Below are positions 39,159 through 47,953 of a DNA stretch of 64,000 nt, piece by piece. The notes beneath the pieces are model-generated. The model was not told the DNA's origin, searched no databases, and saw nothing but the letters and a program-made list of their open reading frames with translations. Each line of letters opens with the position of its first letter. The first letter of the stretch is position 1. Where the stretch lies: positions 181,875 to 245,874 of IMG/VR virus record IMGVR_UViG_3300024520_000047; one strand, written 5' to 3'. The translations under genes and the position numbers were made by a program.

Positions 39159-40560
39159 AATCTTGGTGATTTATAAAAAGTGAATCAAAATCTAACCATG
39201 ACGGTAATTCATGTTTAGCGTCTTCTACATTGTTATCTATAGCTTTGGGTCGTGGGTTTGGTCCAGGTTTGGGTTTATATGGATTTCTTCGTTGTGGTTT
39301 GTGTGGTGTTTTAGTAGGTGTTTTAGTAGGTGTTTTAGTAGGTGCCGGTGAATCCATAACAGCAATTTCATTAATGGTTCTTAAAAGGTGGCCCTTAGAC
39401 ATAAATGGTCTTTCATATTTTTCCACTAATCCCATCAACCAATTTTCCACCATCTCTTTATCAATTGATTCTTTCTGATATCCAGTAGATTTTTTAACAC
39501 CCATTACACAGGCTTCAAAATCCTTTTCTTCTTTATCGGTATAAGTGTCCTTTTTTCTTCCAGTTAATCCTAATTTAGATGTACATATGGCCCATGGATT
39601 ATTACCGTCCTTAGCTTTTTCCATTAATTCTTTTTTGGTTATGGTTTCGAACATGGCCATACCATCATCTGCGTTATCGTCATTATCTGGTCCTTTTTGT
39701 GGTGCGTCTTGGTCAGTATCCATTCCCGCTACGTCTTTTTGTACGTGTACTAATTCATCATCTTCATGTAAACCACTACTATGAACTCTAGGTCCTTCTG
39801 ATTGGTGTCCTCCCTCTTTAGGGTTTGAAAATGAATATCTAGGTTCGGGAGCTCCACCAAGCTCATTTAATTCTCCAGCAAACCCCCCCTCATCGTAGTC
39901 ATTACCAGCATAAGAATCACGAGGACCTTCAGAGTCAAAACCTCGAGCGTCAGGATTATTAAATGATGGTGTGTCTAAATATTTTGCATTTCCACTGTAT
40001 TGCCCTTCATCTTGGTCGGTTCCAGCACCTATTAATGTTCCTTTATTGTTAGTAGAATAGTAAGAATCCATAGGTCCTTGAGATGTTGAAAAACCACCAG
40101 CATCTTTATTATAAAAGGAAGTAGCGTCAAAATCACCAGCCCCACCATACATTATAGTTTCATACATTTCAAATTCATTTACATCACCAGAACCTAATAG
40201 CGTAACCTGCTTACCATCTTTATCATAATCTATAATAGGTTCATTATTAGGTGTTAATTCCTCTTCTTCAGACATACTAGTAGTGACAGTTGCTTTATCG
40301 TTTTCAATACTAAGGTCTTCTGGTTTTAATTCTAATGTGTCGTCTGTAACTTTTTCTGCAAAAGCTTTCTTATCCGACTCCACACCTAAATTATAAACAT
40401 TTTCTTCTTCTTGTTTAGTTACTACCTCATTAAGAATTTTGGTGTGTAATGTGTGTAGCTGTTGGTCTGTAAATTTAAGTAGGGTACTTAATGTAAATCC
40501 CTCTTTAACTAATTTTGAGTATATGGATACTCTATCTAATTTTGTATTCTGTCTCTTCAT
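39151..40560 (-). CDS. Hypothetical low-complexity protein with internal peptide repeats
   Basis: 469 aa; three SFxNxxxxGxxS(E/Q)GP repeats, PTKT repeats, NPWAICT...ACV segment, multiple LxE sites. Confidence 0.7.
   Translation of the reverse strand: MKRQNTKLDRVSIYSKLVKEGFTLSTLLKFTDQQLHTLHTKILNEVVTKQEEENVYNLGVESDKKAFAEKVTDDTLELKPEDLSIENDKATVTTSMSEEEELTPNNEPIIDYDKDGKQVTLLGSGDVNEFEMYETIMYGGAGDFDATSFYNKDAGGFSTSQGPMDSYYSTNNKGTLIGAGTDQDEGQYSGNAKYLDTPSFNNPDARGFDSEGPRDSYAGNDYDEGGFAGELNELGGAPEPRYSFSNPKEGGHQSEGPRVHSSGLHEDDELVHVQKDVAGMDTDQDAPQKGPDNDDNADDGMAMFETITKKELMEKAKDGNNPWAICTSKLGLTGRKKDTYTDKEEKDFEACVMGVKKSTGYQKESIDKEMVENWLMGLVEKYERPFMSKGHLLRTINEIAVMDSPAPTKTPTKTPTKTPHKPQRRNPYKPKPGPNPRPKAIDNNVEDAKHELPSWLDFDSLFINHQDYA
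39305..39344. repeat. 12-bp coding tandem repeat x3.3
   Basis: GGTGTTTTAGTA x3 plus GGTG, encoding PTKTPTKTPTKTP. Confidence 0.9.
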
Positions 40561-40939
40561 TATAATTTAAAATTAAATCTCTACTATATAGTTTATCTTG
40601 GACAGAACTTTTATCTTCCCCAAATCTAAAAACTAAACGGGTTTCGTTTTGGGTCTCTTCTTCACCATATTTTTCCCAAGCTAAAGATATAACATCATCT
40701 ATAGCATCTGTAAATGAAAAATAATCCGAGTTTTGAACTAATTCAAACTCAATACCTTCTCTAGAAAACACCCCTACCTTTTCAATATACTCTAATTCGG
40801 GTGGTTGTGGTTTACCAGCTGCAGGAACACTGTCCCATTCTTCACCCCACAAGTTTTCTAATTTATTAGAAAAAATAAACTCATACACATAATTTCCTTT
40901 AAAATTAGGTCCCAATTCATTAATGTACACTAATTTCAT
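40532..40939 (-). CDS. Hypothetical protein
   Basis: 135-aa ORF in operon. Confidence 0.7.
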   Translation of the reverse strand: MKLVYINELGPNFKGNYVYEFIFSNKLENLWGEEWDSVPAAGKPQPPELEYIEKVGVFSREGIEFELVQNSDYFSFTDAIDDVISLAWEKYGEEETQNETRLVFRFGEDKSSVQDKLYSRDLILNYNEETEYKIR

Positions 40940-40941
40940 TT

Positions 40942-42306
40942 TTACGCTTTTGTTCCGTATTTAGTAATTTCTACTAAGTTTTTTCCTTTTTTAAAAACTA
41001 AACTTCCTCTTGTGTTATTTCCCATAAAATCAAAATCTTTATTTTCATTTAAAAAATTTTTAACTGTAACTTCCTGTTCATAAGTCGAAATAGAATTAAG
41101 AATATCTTTCTTTACTTTAGTTTGAGTAATTGCGTCCGAAAGTAGTTGGTTTTTTTTCTCTTCCATTAACTCTTTATTCAATTCTCTATTTATTTTTATC
41201 TTACTTTTTTCTTGTGAGGAATATTTAAAATATTTGGAAATTGTTTTATGTGTTTTTCCTTCATTAAAAATATCTGCTATAGCTTCTGCCGCGTCTAACG
41301 CTATTGCCTCATCTTCTATATCTGCTTTTAATCCTTCTTCTTCATCAAACGCCTTACGCAACCCGTAATCCATCGCGGCACCTCCCGCTGCCTGTGCGGC
41401 GGCTCTCCCAACAGTAGGCCAAAACTCCTTTAGTTCTTCTTCACTATCTAAATCAATTATGCCTTCACCAAGTTCAATATCTAAATCACTTTCTTCTTCA
41501 CCACCTAAAGCTATTTCTTCTTCTCCACCTAAGTCCATTTCTTCGTCACCACTTAATTCAACATCGAACTCACCCTCTTCAGTGTATTCCATCCCTTCAT
41601 CACCCTCAATTTTGGATATGATATCTTCCACATCTTCTTCGGATAGTTGAGCTAAATCTACTGCTGAAATTACAGAGTTTAAAACATATTTTATAAGGTC
41701 ACCATCTAATTCAGTTTCTGGGATGTCCCTTAATTTTTGACCTAATTTTCCAGTGAGCTTTTGTATCGATTTAGTAAAATTTTCTTCATCGTCTGATGTT
41801 TCTTCTACATCCATAGAAAAGTCCTCTATTTCTTCATCACCGCCTAAATCTATTTCTTCTTCTCCACCTAAATCTATTTCTTCGTCACCACCTAAATCTA
41901 TTTCTTCATCAGCTTCAGGTGTTTTTAAAACATACTTGGTGTCTTCTTCTTGCTCCCCAATAAGATTTAATTGTTTTCCCGAATTATGGTTTTCATTTAA
42001 TGGTTTCATCAATAAATTTAATTTCTTTAATGCTTTGGAAAATGAAGGAAAAATATATTTCTTATTATTTAACATACCGTCTAAATAATTGTAACCACTT
42101 TTACCTTCTTTTAATATACTATATTGTGAATTTTCTCTAATTATACCATAGTTTTTACCATCTGCCGCGGTAACTGAATATTCTAAATTTGCTGTTTTAT
42201 GTGTGGATTTTGTTTCAACCGCACCATAATTAGCTATTTCCATTATTCTTTTTAATTTTTGGTCCAGTGGTAATTTCTCACTTCCAATTGATTTTAAGTC
42301 TGCCAT
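40942..42306 (-). CDS. Acidic hypothetical protein (probable internal head/core protein)
   Basis: 454 aa, very Glu/Asp-rich centre with EEIDLGG(D/E) repeats and LxE sites. Confidence 0.7.
   Translation of the reverse strand: MADLKSIGSEKLPLDQKLKRIMEIANYGAVETKSTHKTANLEYSVTAADGKNYGIIRENSQYSILKEGKSGYNYLDGMLNNKKYIFPSFSKALKKLNLLMKPLNENHNSGKQLNLIGEQEEDTKYVLKTPEADEEIDLGGDEEIDLGGEEEIDLGGDEEIEDFSMDVEETSDDEENFTKSIQKLTGKLGQKLRDIPETELDGDLIKYVLNSVISAVDLAQLSEEDVEDIISKIEGDEGMEYTEEGEFDVELSGDEEMDLGGEEEIALGGEEESDLDIELGEGIIDLDSEEELKEFWPTVGRAAAQAAGGAAMDYGLRKAFDEEEGLKADIEDEAIALDAAEAIADIFNEGKTHKTISKYFKYSSQEKSKIKINRELNKELMEEKKNQLLSDAITQTKVKKDILNSISTYEQEVTVKNFLNENKDFDFMGNNTRGSLVFKKGKNLVEITKYGTKA
41825..41910. repeat. 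24-bp coding tandem repeat x3.5
   Basis: TCTATTTCTTCNTCWCCRCCTAAA units encoding EEIDLGG(D/E). Confidence 0.85.
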
Positions 42307-42328
42307 TTTTAATTATTTTTTACTTATT

Positions 42329-42721
42329 TTAACTATTTAAATATCCCATACCAATCAGGGTGTAGGGACTTATTGGGTTTATTACTGTAGGTTGGGTGTC
42401 GCCAGATAACCAACTTACCGCTCTCTGAGCACTACCATCAGGATTATTACAATCATGGCATGTACACACTATGCAGAGACCTTCAGGTAATGGGGAAATC
42501 CCAGTAAGTGTATTTATAACCACGTCTACAGTTCCTGAAGGTGGAACCTCAATAGTATTTCCATTAACTGTTACTGTAAGAGTTCCTCCGGTTACACTAT
42601 TGTAAACTTGGAAACATTTACCTGTTCCTGTTATGGTACCACTGCCCGTGTCCATAATGGAGTATACGTCTGCCCCACAATAAACCTCATTCCCATATGA
42701 TAATCCTGCATAATTTGCCAT
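42329..42721 (-). CDS. Small Thr/Gly/Cys-rich virion protein
   Basis: 130 aa; TATTTAT motif at 42741-42747. Confidence 0.6.
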   Translation of the reverse strand: MANYAGLSYGNEVYCGADVYSIMDTGSGTITGTGKCFQVYNSVTGGTLTVTVNGNTIEVPPSGTVDVVINTLTGISPLPEGLCIVCTCHDCNNPDGSAQRAVSWLSGDTQPTVINPISPYTLIGMGYLNS

Positions 42722-42773
42722 ACTATAATCTATTTTTTATATAAATATTCGTTCTATGATAAAAAAAACCTAT

Positions 42774-43538
42774 TTAGTCCAGACTTAAACTTAAATCTTT
42801 AACTTTATTTTTTAAATCAAATAATTTCTTAATATACCCAGTTCTTCTTAAAAATTTAAAAGCTAAGTTTTCGTATGAAAACTCACCACCCACTTCGAGA
42901 CCCGATTTACGGAATTTTTTTAATCTTTCTTTTATTTTTTCAATAGTTTCGAGTGTTTCCTCACTGTTCATTTGATAAGCTTTATATTGTATATTGTCAA
43001 TAATTTCCATCCACCCAGTAGCTTTATCAAGTACCTTTTCAATATCAACCCCAGGGTCACCAGCGACAGGTTTTTTTAACCATTTATTAAATAAAACTGA
43101 ATATACCCCACTTGCAAAATGAATTTCTTCGGTATTTTGTACGTATACTTCCACATCATATCCTTTTATAGTGATATCGTGTGACGCATTCCATAAATTT
43201 TTCTTAGTATTAAGAATATTTGTAACTAGATTTTCATTTCCATCGATATCACCAAAATTCACTAAAATATGAAGGTCTATATCGGAAAATCTGGACCAAT
43301 TATAATTACTTATACTTCCAGTTATTACAATATCTTCAATAGTACAGTCTTTAGTTTCAATATCACAATCTAAATTATCTATATCTACAAAATCTAAAAA
43401 ATCATTTGCTATAATTAATAATTTATCTGCTATATCGGGCCGTAAAACATATTCTTTATTGTTATCTAATGTCCAAATATGTGGGTTAAGTGTTTTTTTT
43501 ACTTCAAAACTCTGTAAAATATTTTGTGCAAGATTCAT
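42774..43538 (-). CDS. Pol-beta superfamily nucleotidyltransferase
   Basis: ITGSISNYNWSRFSDIDLHI fits hG[GS]x9-13DhDh; third acidic residue in DVEVYVQ. Confidence 0.75.
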   Translation of the reverse strand: MNLAQNILQSFEVKKTLNPHIWTLDNNKEYVLRPDIADKLLIIANDFLDFVDIDNLDCDIETKDCTIEDIVITGSISNYNWSRFSDIDLHILVNFGDIDGNENLVTNILNTKKNLWNASHDITIKGYDVEVYVQNTEEIHFASGVYSVLFNKWLKKPVAGDPGVDIEKVLDKATGWMEIIDNIQYKAYQMNSEETLETIEKIKERLKKFRKSGLEVGGEFSYENLAFKFLRRTGYIKKLFDLKNKVKDLSLSLD

Positions 43539-43568
43539 AACAATAAATACTTCTTAATGATATTAAGA

Positions 43569-43814
43569 TTAGTTAAGTAATTTATATTTATATTTTCTTG
43601 CAATTTCTTTATTAAAGAAAACACCTTGACTTTTAGCTCTTCGTAAATTAGCTGCTACTACATCTGAAATATCCTCATAAAGATATTTCCGCCCCCCATT
43701 AAATTCTATTATTAATTCTCCAGTTTCTCTATCGTATGTAGAACCTTTAATGTTAGAAGATTTATAAATATTTACTATCTTTTGTCCTTGATAAATTTCT
43801 GATATTACACTCAT
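43569..43814 (-). CDS. KTSC domain protein
   Basis: SSNIKGSTYD...LIIEFNGGRKYLY...AKSQGVFFNKEI; start moved to ATG 43814 because the longer frame runs into the terminator. Confidence 0.85.
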   Translation of the reverse strand: MSVISEIYQGQKIVNIYKSSNIKGSTYDRETGELIIEFNGGRKYLYEDISDVVAANLRRAKSQGVFFNKEIARKYKYKLLN

Positions 43815-43837
43815 TATTTTTATTTTATATATATGTA

Positions 43838-43860
43838 AAAACCCCCACAAGGGGGGTTTT
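43838..43860 (-). terminator. Rho-independent terminator after dnaK
   Basis: AAAACCCCC-ACAAG-GGGGGTTTT hairpin. Confidence 0.8.
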
Positions 43861-43861
43861 A

Positions 43862-45727
43862 TTATTTTACTTCTTCATATTCTACATCTGTAGTTTCAGG
43901 GTCATCTTCAGGTGGTGGTGTTGTGTCACCTTCAGTTTGTTCGTATAACTTACTAGAAATAGTTTGCCATTTGGAATTAAGGTCGTCCATATTAACTTTA
44001 ATTTCATCTAAATCTTCATTTTTGTGAGATTCCCTTAACTTATTAACTGATTCTTGGAGTAACTGTTTATCGTCGTCATTTAATTTTTCATCAAACTCAG
44101 TAATTTGTCTTTCCGTTTGAAAAATCATGGAATCCGCCTCATTTAGTTTATTGATTTTTTCTAACTTTTCTGAATCCTCTTTAGAGTTTTTCTCAGCTTC
44201 CATTTTCATTTTATTAATTTCTTCCTCATTGAGACTATTACCAGATTCGATTCTAATTTTTTGTTCTTTATTAGTTCCTTTATCTTTAGCACTAACACTT
44301 ATAATACCATTTGCGTCAATATCAAAAGTGACCTCAATTTGGGGAATACCTCTTTGTGCAGGTGGAATATCAGTTAATTGAAAATTACCTAATTTTCTAT
44401 TATCCATAGCCATTGGCCTTTCTCCTTGTAGTACATGAATATCTACTGCGGGTTGATTATCTATAGCTGTAGAAAATACTTGGGATTTACTCGTTGGGAT
44501 TGTAGTGTTTGCATCTATAAGTTTAGTCATAACACCCCCCATAGTCTCAATACCTAATGAAAGTGGTGTTACATCTAAAAGTAATACGTCATTAACATCT
44601 CCCGTAAGAACACCCCCTTGTATTGCAGCACCCATAGCTACAACTTCATCTGGATTTACACCTTTAAATGGTTTCTTTTTAAAAAATTTCTCAACAGATT
44701 TTTGTATAGCTGGAATTCTGGTAGACCCACCAACTAAAATAACCTCATCAATGTCTCCAATAGTTAAACCACTATCTTTAAGTGCTTTTTTACATGGGAC
44801 CATTGTTTTCGTCACTAATTTATCAATCATAGATTCGAACTTAGCTGTAGTTAGTTTTTTAACCAAGTGCTGGGGTCCTGTACTATTAGCACTTAAATAT
44901 GGTAAATTGATATCTGTGGAATTTGAAGACGACAATTCTATTTTAGCTTTTTCAGCCGTATCTTTCAATCTTTGTAAAGCGATAGCGTCTTTACTTACAT
45001 CTATTCCAGTATCTGATTTAAATTCATTAATTAACCAATCAATTATAATTTCATCAAAATTATCTCCCCCAAGATGTGTGTCTCCATTAGTAGAGAGTAC
45101 TTCAAATACACCACCACCTATTTCAAGAATAGAAACATCAAATGTTCCACCACCCAAATCGTAAACCACAACTTTTTTGTCTTGATTTTCATCTAAACCA
45201 TAAGCTAATGCCGCTGCGGTAGGTTCGTTTATAATACGTAAAACATTTAACCCAGCAATTTCACCAGCTTCTTTAGTAGCGTTTCTTTGGGAATCATTAA
45301 AATAAGCGGGTACTGTAATAACAGCATCCGTTACCTTAGTTCCTAAATACTCCTCTGCCGTTTTTTTCAAATTTTGTAAAACTATAGCTGAAATTTCTTG
45401 TGGTATATATGACTTTCCATCCACACTAATTTTAATACTATCATTAGTGCTTTTTTCTATTTTATATGGAATTTTACTTATTTCTTTTTTTATTTCACTG
45501 AATTTACTTCCAATGAATCTTTTTACCGAATAAATGGTATTTTCTGGATTAGTTACTGATTGTCTTTTTGCCGAGTCACCAATTACTCGTTCATTGCTTT
45601 TAAAAGCAACAATAGAAGGTGTTGTTCTTTTACCTTCTAAATTTACTATGACTTCAGGTGTACCACCTTCAATTACTGAAACGCATGAATTTGTGGTTCC
45701 TAAGTCAATCCCTATTACTTTTGACAT
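43862..45727 (-). CDS. dnaK: Hsp70 chaperone DnaK
   Basis: [42 protein letters not shown]; C-terminus DVEYEEVK. Confidence 0.98.
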   Translation of the reverse strand: MSKVIGIDLGTTNSCVSVIEGGTPEVIVNLEGKRTTPSIVAFKSNERVIGDSAKRQSVTNPENTIYSVKRFIGSKFSEIKKEISKIPYKIEKSTNDSIKISVDGKSYIPQEISAIVLQNLKKTAEEYLGTKVTDAVITVPAYFNDSQRNATKEAGEIAGLNVLRIINEPTAAALAYGLDENQDKKVVVYDLGGGTFDVSILEIGGGVFEVLSTNGDTHLGGDNFDEIIIDWLINEFKSDTGIDVSKDAIALQRLKDTAEKAKIELSSSNSTDINLPYLSANSTGPQHLVKKLTTAKFESMIDKLVTKTMVPCKKALKDSGLTIGDIDEVILVGGSTRIPAIQKSVEKFFKKKPFKGVNPDEVVAMGAAIQGGVLTGDVNDVLLLDVTPLSLGIETMGGVMTKLIDANTTIPTSKSQVFSTAIDNQPAVDIHVLQGERPMAMDNRKLGNFQLTDIPPAQRGIPQIEVTFDIDANGIISVSAKDKGTNKEQKIRIESGNSLNEEEINKMKMEAEKNSKEDSEKLEKINKLNEADSMIFQTERQITEFDEKLNDDDKQLLQESVNKLRESHKNEDLDEIKVNMDDLNSKWQTISSKLYEQTEGDTTPPPEDDPETTDVEYEEVK

Positions 45728-45763
45728 ATTTTTATTTTTTTTATTGTCTTTTATTGTTTTATG

Positions 45764-45791
45764 AATATAAATTCGTTAATCTTATTGTCAA
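45764..45791 (-). promoter_or_regulatory. Putative dnaK promoter
   Basis: TTGACA-N16-TATATT on minus strand. Confidence 0.5.
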
Positions 45792-45814
45792 TAAGTATAC
45801 CGTTTAATTATTTA

Positions 45815-45848
45815 TGACATACTGTCACCATATACTGACATATTGTCA
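45815..45848. promoter_or_regulatory. Tandem palindromic operator-like sites between divergent dnaK and clpC
   Basis: TGACA-TAC-TGTCA (45815-45827) and TGACA-TAT-TGTCA (45836-45848), 21 bp apart. Confidence 0.65.
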
Positions 45849-45897
45849 CTACTTGATTTTAAAAGGTATTAATGTATTATTTATAATAAAAAATGTT

Positions 45898-47949
45898 ATG
45901 ATAGAACCGACAGGAAGTTTTGCAGAATTTGAAAAGGGTAAACCCCAAAATTTACCTAAAAAAGAATCACTTTCATCGAAAAGTGGAACACCAGTACTAG
46001 ATAATTTTTCAAGAGATTTGATAAAATATGCGGAAGAAGGAAAATTAGACCCCGTGGTTGGGAGAGAAAAAGAAATTAATAGAATAGCCCAAATTTTATC
46101 ACGAAGAAAAAAAAATAATCCAGTATTAATAGGTGAACCAGGGTGTGGAAAAACCGCACTAGTAGAAGGGTTGGCTATGAAAATAAATGAAGGTAAATGT
46201 CCTCGTAATTTATTAGATAAAAGAATTGTGGGATTAGACCTAACATCCATCGTAGCTGGTACCAAATATAGGGGTCAGTTTGAAGAAAGAATGAAAGCTA
46301 TAATTGATGAATTAGTAGAACATGAAGAAATTATAATTTTTATTGATGAGATTCATACCGTCGTTGGAACCGGAAATGCTTCTGGTTCATTGGACGCCGC
46401 CAACATATTTAAACCCGCATTAGCACGGGGGGAGGTACAATGTATTGGAGCAACCACCATAAATGAATATAGAGAAAATATTGAAAAGGATGGTGCTCTA
46501 GAAAGAAGGTTTCAAAAAATAATAGTCGAACCCACAACTGTAGAAGAAACATTACAAATACTTAAAAATTTAAAAGAACGTTATGAAGAACACCATAAAG
46601 TTAATTATAGTGATGAGTCTTTAGAAGCTTGTGTGTTATTATCTGAAAGATATTTGACTCACAGAGAATTTCCAGATAAAGCTATAGATATTATGGATGA
46701 AGTGGGAGCTAAAGTACAAGTAGAATTAGAATACCCTAAAGAAATTGAGGATTTAAGACGAATACTTAGTGATTTAAAAGAAGAAAAGGTAGAGGTGGTA
46801 AAATCACAAAAATATGAAAAAGCCGCGGAATTAAGAGATAAGGAACGCACAGTTTTAGGTACTCTTGAAGAAAAAAAATTGGCGTGGGAAATGGAATTAG
46901 AAGATAGTCGTAAACCAGTAACGGAAGATGATATATATGATGTAGTTTCCCAAATAACAAAGATACCCATATCTAGATTAGACACTAATGAAACAAAAAC
47001 ATTACTGAGTTTAGAGAGCTCTCTTCAAAAAATTGTAATAGGTCAAAATGAAGCTGTCAAGAAAGTTGCAAGAGCCATCAGGCGTAATAGGGTTGGGATT
47101 AGAGATAATAAAAAACCAATTGGTTCTTTCATGTTTTTAGGTTCCACGGGTGTTGGTAAAACTCACTTAGCTAAAGCGATTGCACGTGAGGTGTTCGGTA
47201 ATGAAGATTCTTTAATACGGTTAGATATGTCAGAATATAAAGAAAAATTCAATTCAACAAGATTGATTGGTTCACCACCTGGATATGTTGGTTATAATGA
47301 AGGGGGTCAACTAACTGAAGCTGTTCGCAAAAAACCCTATTCGGTAATATTGTTAGATGAAATAGAAAAAGCTCATTCCGATATTTATGACCTATTATTA
47401 CAAATATTTGATGAAGGGCATATAACTGATAGTTTAGGGAGAGTCATTAATTTTAAAAATACCCTTATCATTATGACCTCTAATGTGGGAGCTAAACAAA
47501 TGGGTGAATTTTCAAACCCTTTAGGGTTCACAACGAAAGATTCTGAATCAAGAACAGAGGAAGCGGTATCACAAATATTGAAAAAAGCACTAAAAAATAC
47601 CTTTAAGCCAGAATTTCTAAATAGGGTAGAACATAATATAATATTTAAAAGTTTAGAAAAAAAATCTATTAGTAAAATAGTAAGGTTGGAACTGAATCAC
47701 TTACAAGAAAGATTAAAAGAAAAAAAATACCACATGACTTTTGATAAAAAGGTAACTGATTTTATTGTAAAAGAAGGGTATGACGATAAATTCGGTGCAA
47801 GACCAATAAAAAGAGCAATTCAAAATAAGTTAGAAGATTTTATTTCTGAAGAAATATTAAAAGGAAATGTCGTGGAACACAATACCTACACTATGAGAAT
47901 TAATAAAGATAATGAAATTACTATAAACGAAGAAAGTGATAATGAGTAG
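45898..47949 (+). CDS. clpC: ClpC-type AAA+ unfoldase lacking the N-terminal Clp_N domain
   Basis: Two Walker A motifs ([16 protein letters not shown]), UVR coiled coil ([10 protein letters not shown]), ClpP-binding LGF loop; start moved from 45814 to 45898 as the extra 28 codons cover the operator. Confidence 0.88.
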   Translation: MIEPTGSFAEFEKGKPQNLPKKESLSSKSGTPVLDNFSRDLIKYAEEGKLDPVVGREKEINRIAQILSRRKKNNPVLIGEPGCGKTALVEGLAMKINEGKCPRNLLDKRIVGLDLTSIVAGTKYRGQFEERMKAIIDELVEHEEIIIFIDEIHTVVGTGNASGSLDAANIFKPALARGEVQCIGATTINEYRENIEKDGALERRFQKIIVEPTTVEETLQILKNLKERYEEHHKVNYSDESLEACVLLSERYLTHREFPDKAIDIMDEVGAKVQVELEYPKEIEDLRRILSDLKEEKVEVVKSQKYEKAAELRDKERTVLGTLEEKKLAWEMELEDSRKPVTEDDIYDVVSQITKIPISRLDTNETKTLLSLESSLQKIVIGQNEAVKKVARAIRRNRVGIRDNKKPIGSFMFLGSTGVGKTHLAKAIAREVFGNEDSLIRLDMSEYKEKFNSTRLIGSPPGYVGYNEGGQLTEAVRKKPYSVILLDEIEKAHSDIYDLLLQIFDEGHITDSLGRVINFKNTLIIMTSNVGAKQMGEFSNPLGFTTKDSESRTEEAVSQILKKALKNTFKPEFLNRVEHNIIFKSLEKKSISKIVRLELNHLQERLKEKKYHMTFDKKVTDFIVKEGYDDKFGARPIKRAIQNKLEDFISEEILKGNVVEHNTYTMRINKDNEITINEESDNE

Positions 47950-47953
47950 TTTA

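Noticed and set aside
39305-41910. Tandem 12-bp and 24-bp repeats as possible CRISPR array
   Set aside because: No spacers, repeat lengths are multiples of three, and they encode peptide repeats inside ORFs; no cas genes
45814-45897. N-terminal extension of the Clp ORF with a TYCH repeat
   Set aside because: The apparent peptide repeat is just the translation of the two DNA palindromes; the likely start is ATG 45898
27974-47949. Inteins or group I introns in capsid, terminase, portal, DnaK or Clp genes
   Set aside because: Reading frames are continuous with no homing-endonuclease or splice-junction motifs; the capsid insertion lacks intein termini
43862-47949. dnaK/clp as host-chromosome contamination or prophage boundary
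   Set aside because: Flanked on both sides by phage genes with the same composition and motifs; no grpE/dnaJ operon context and no integrase or att site
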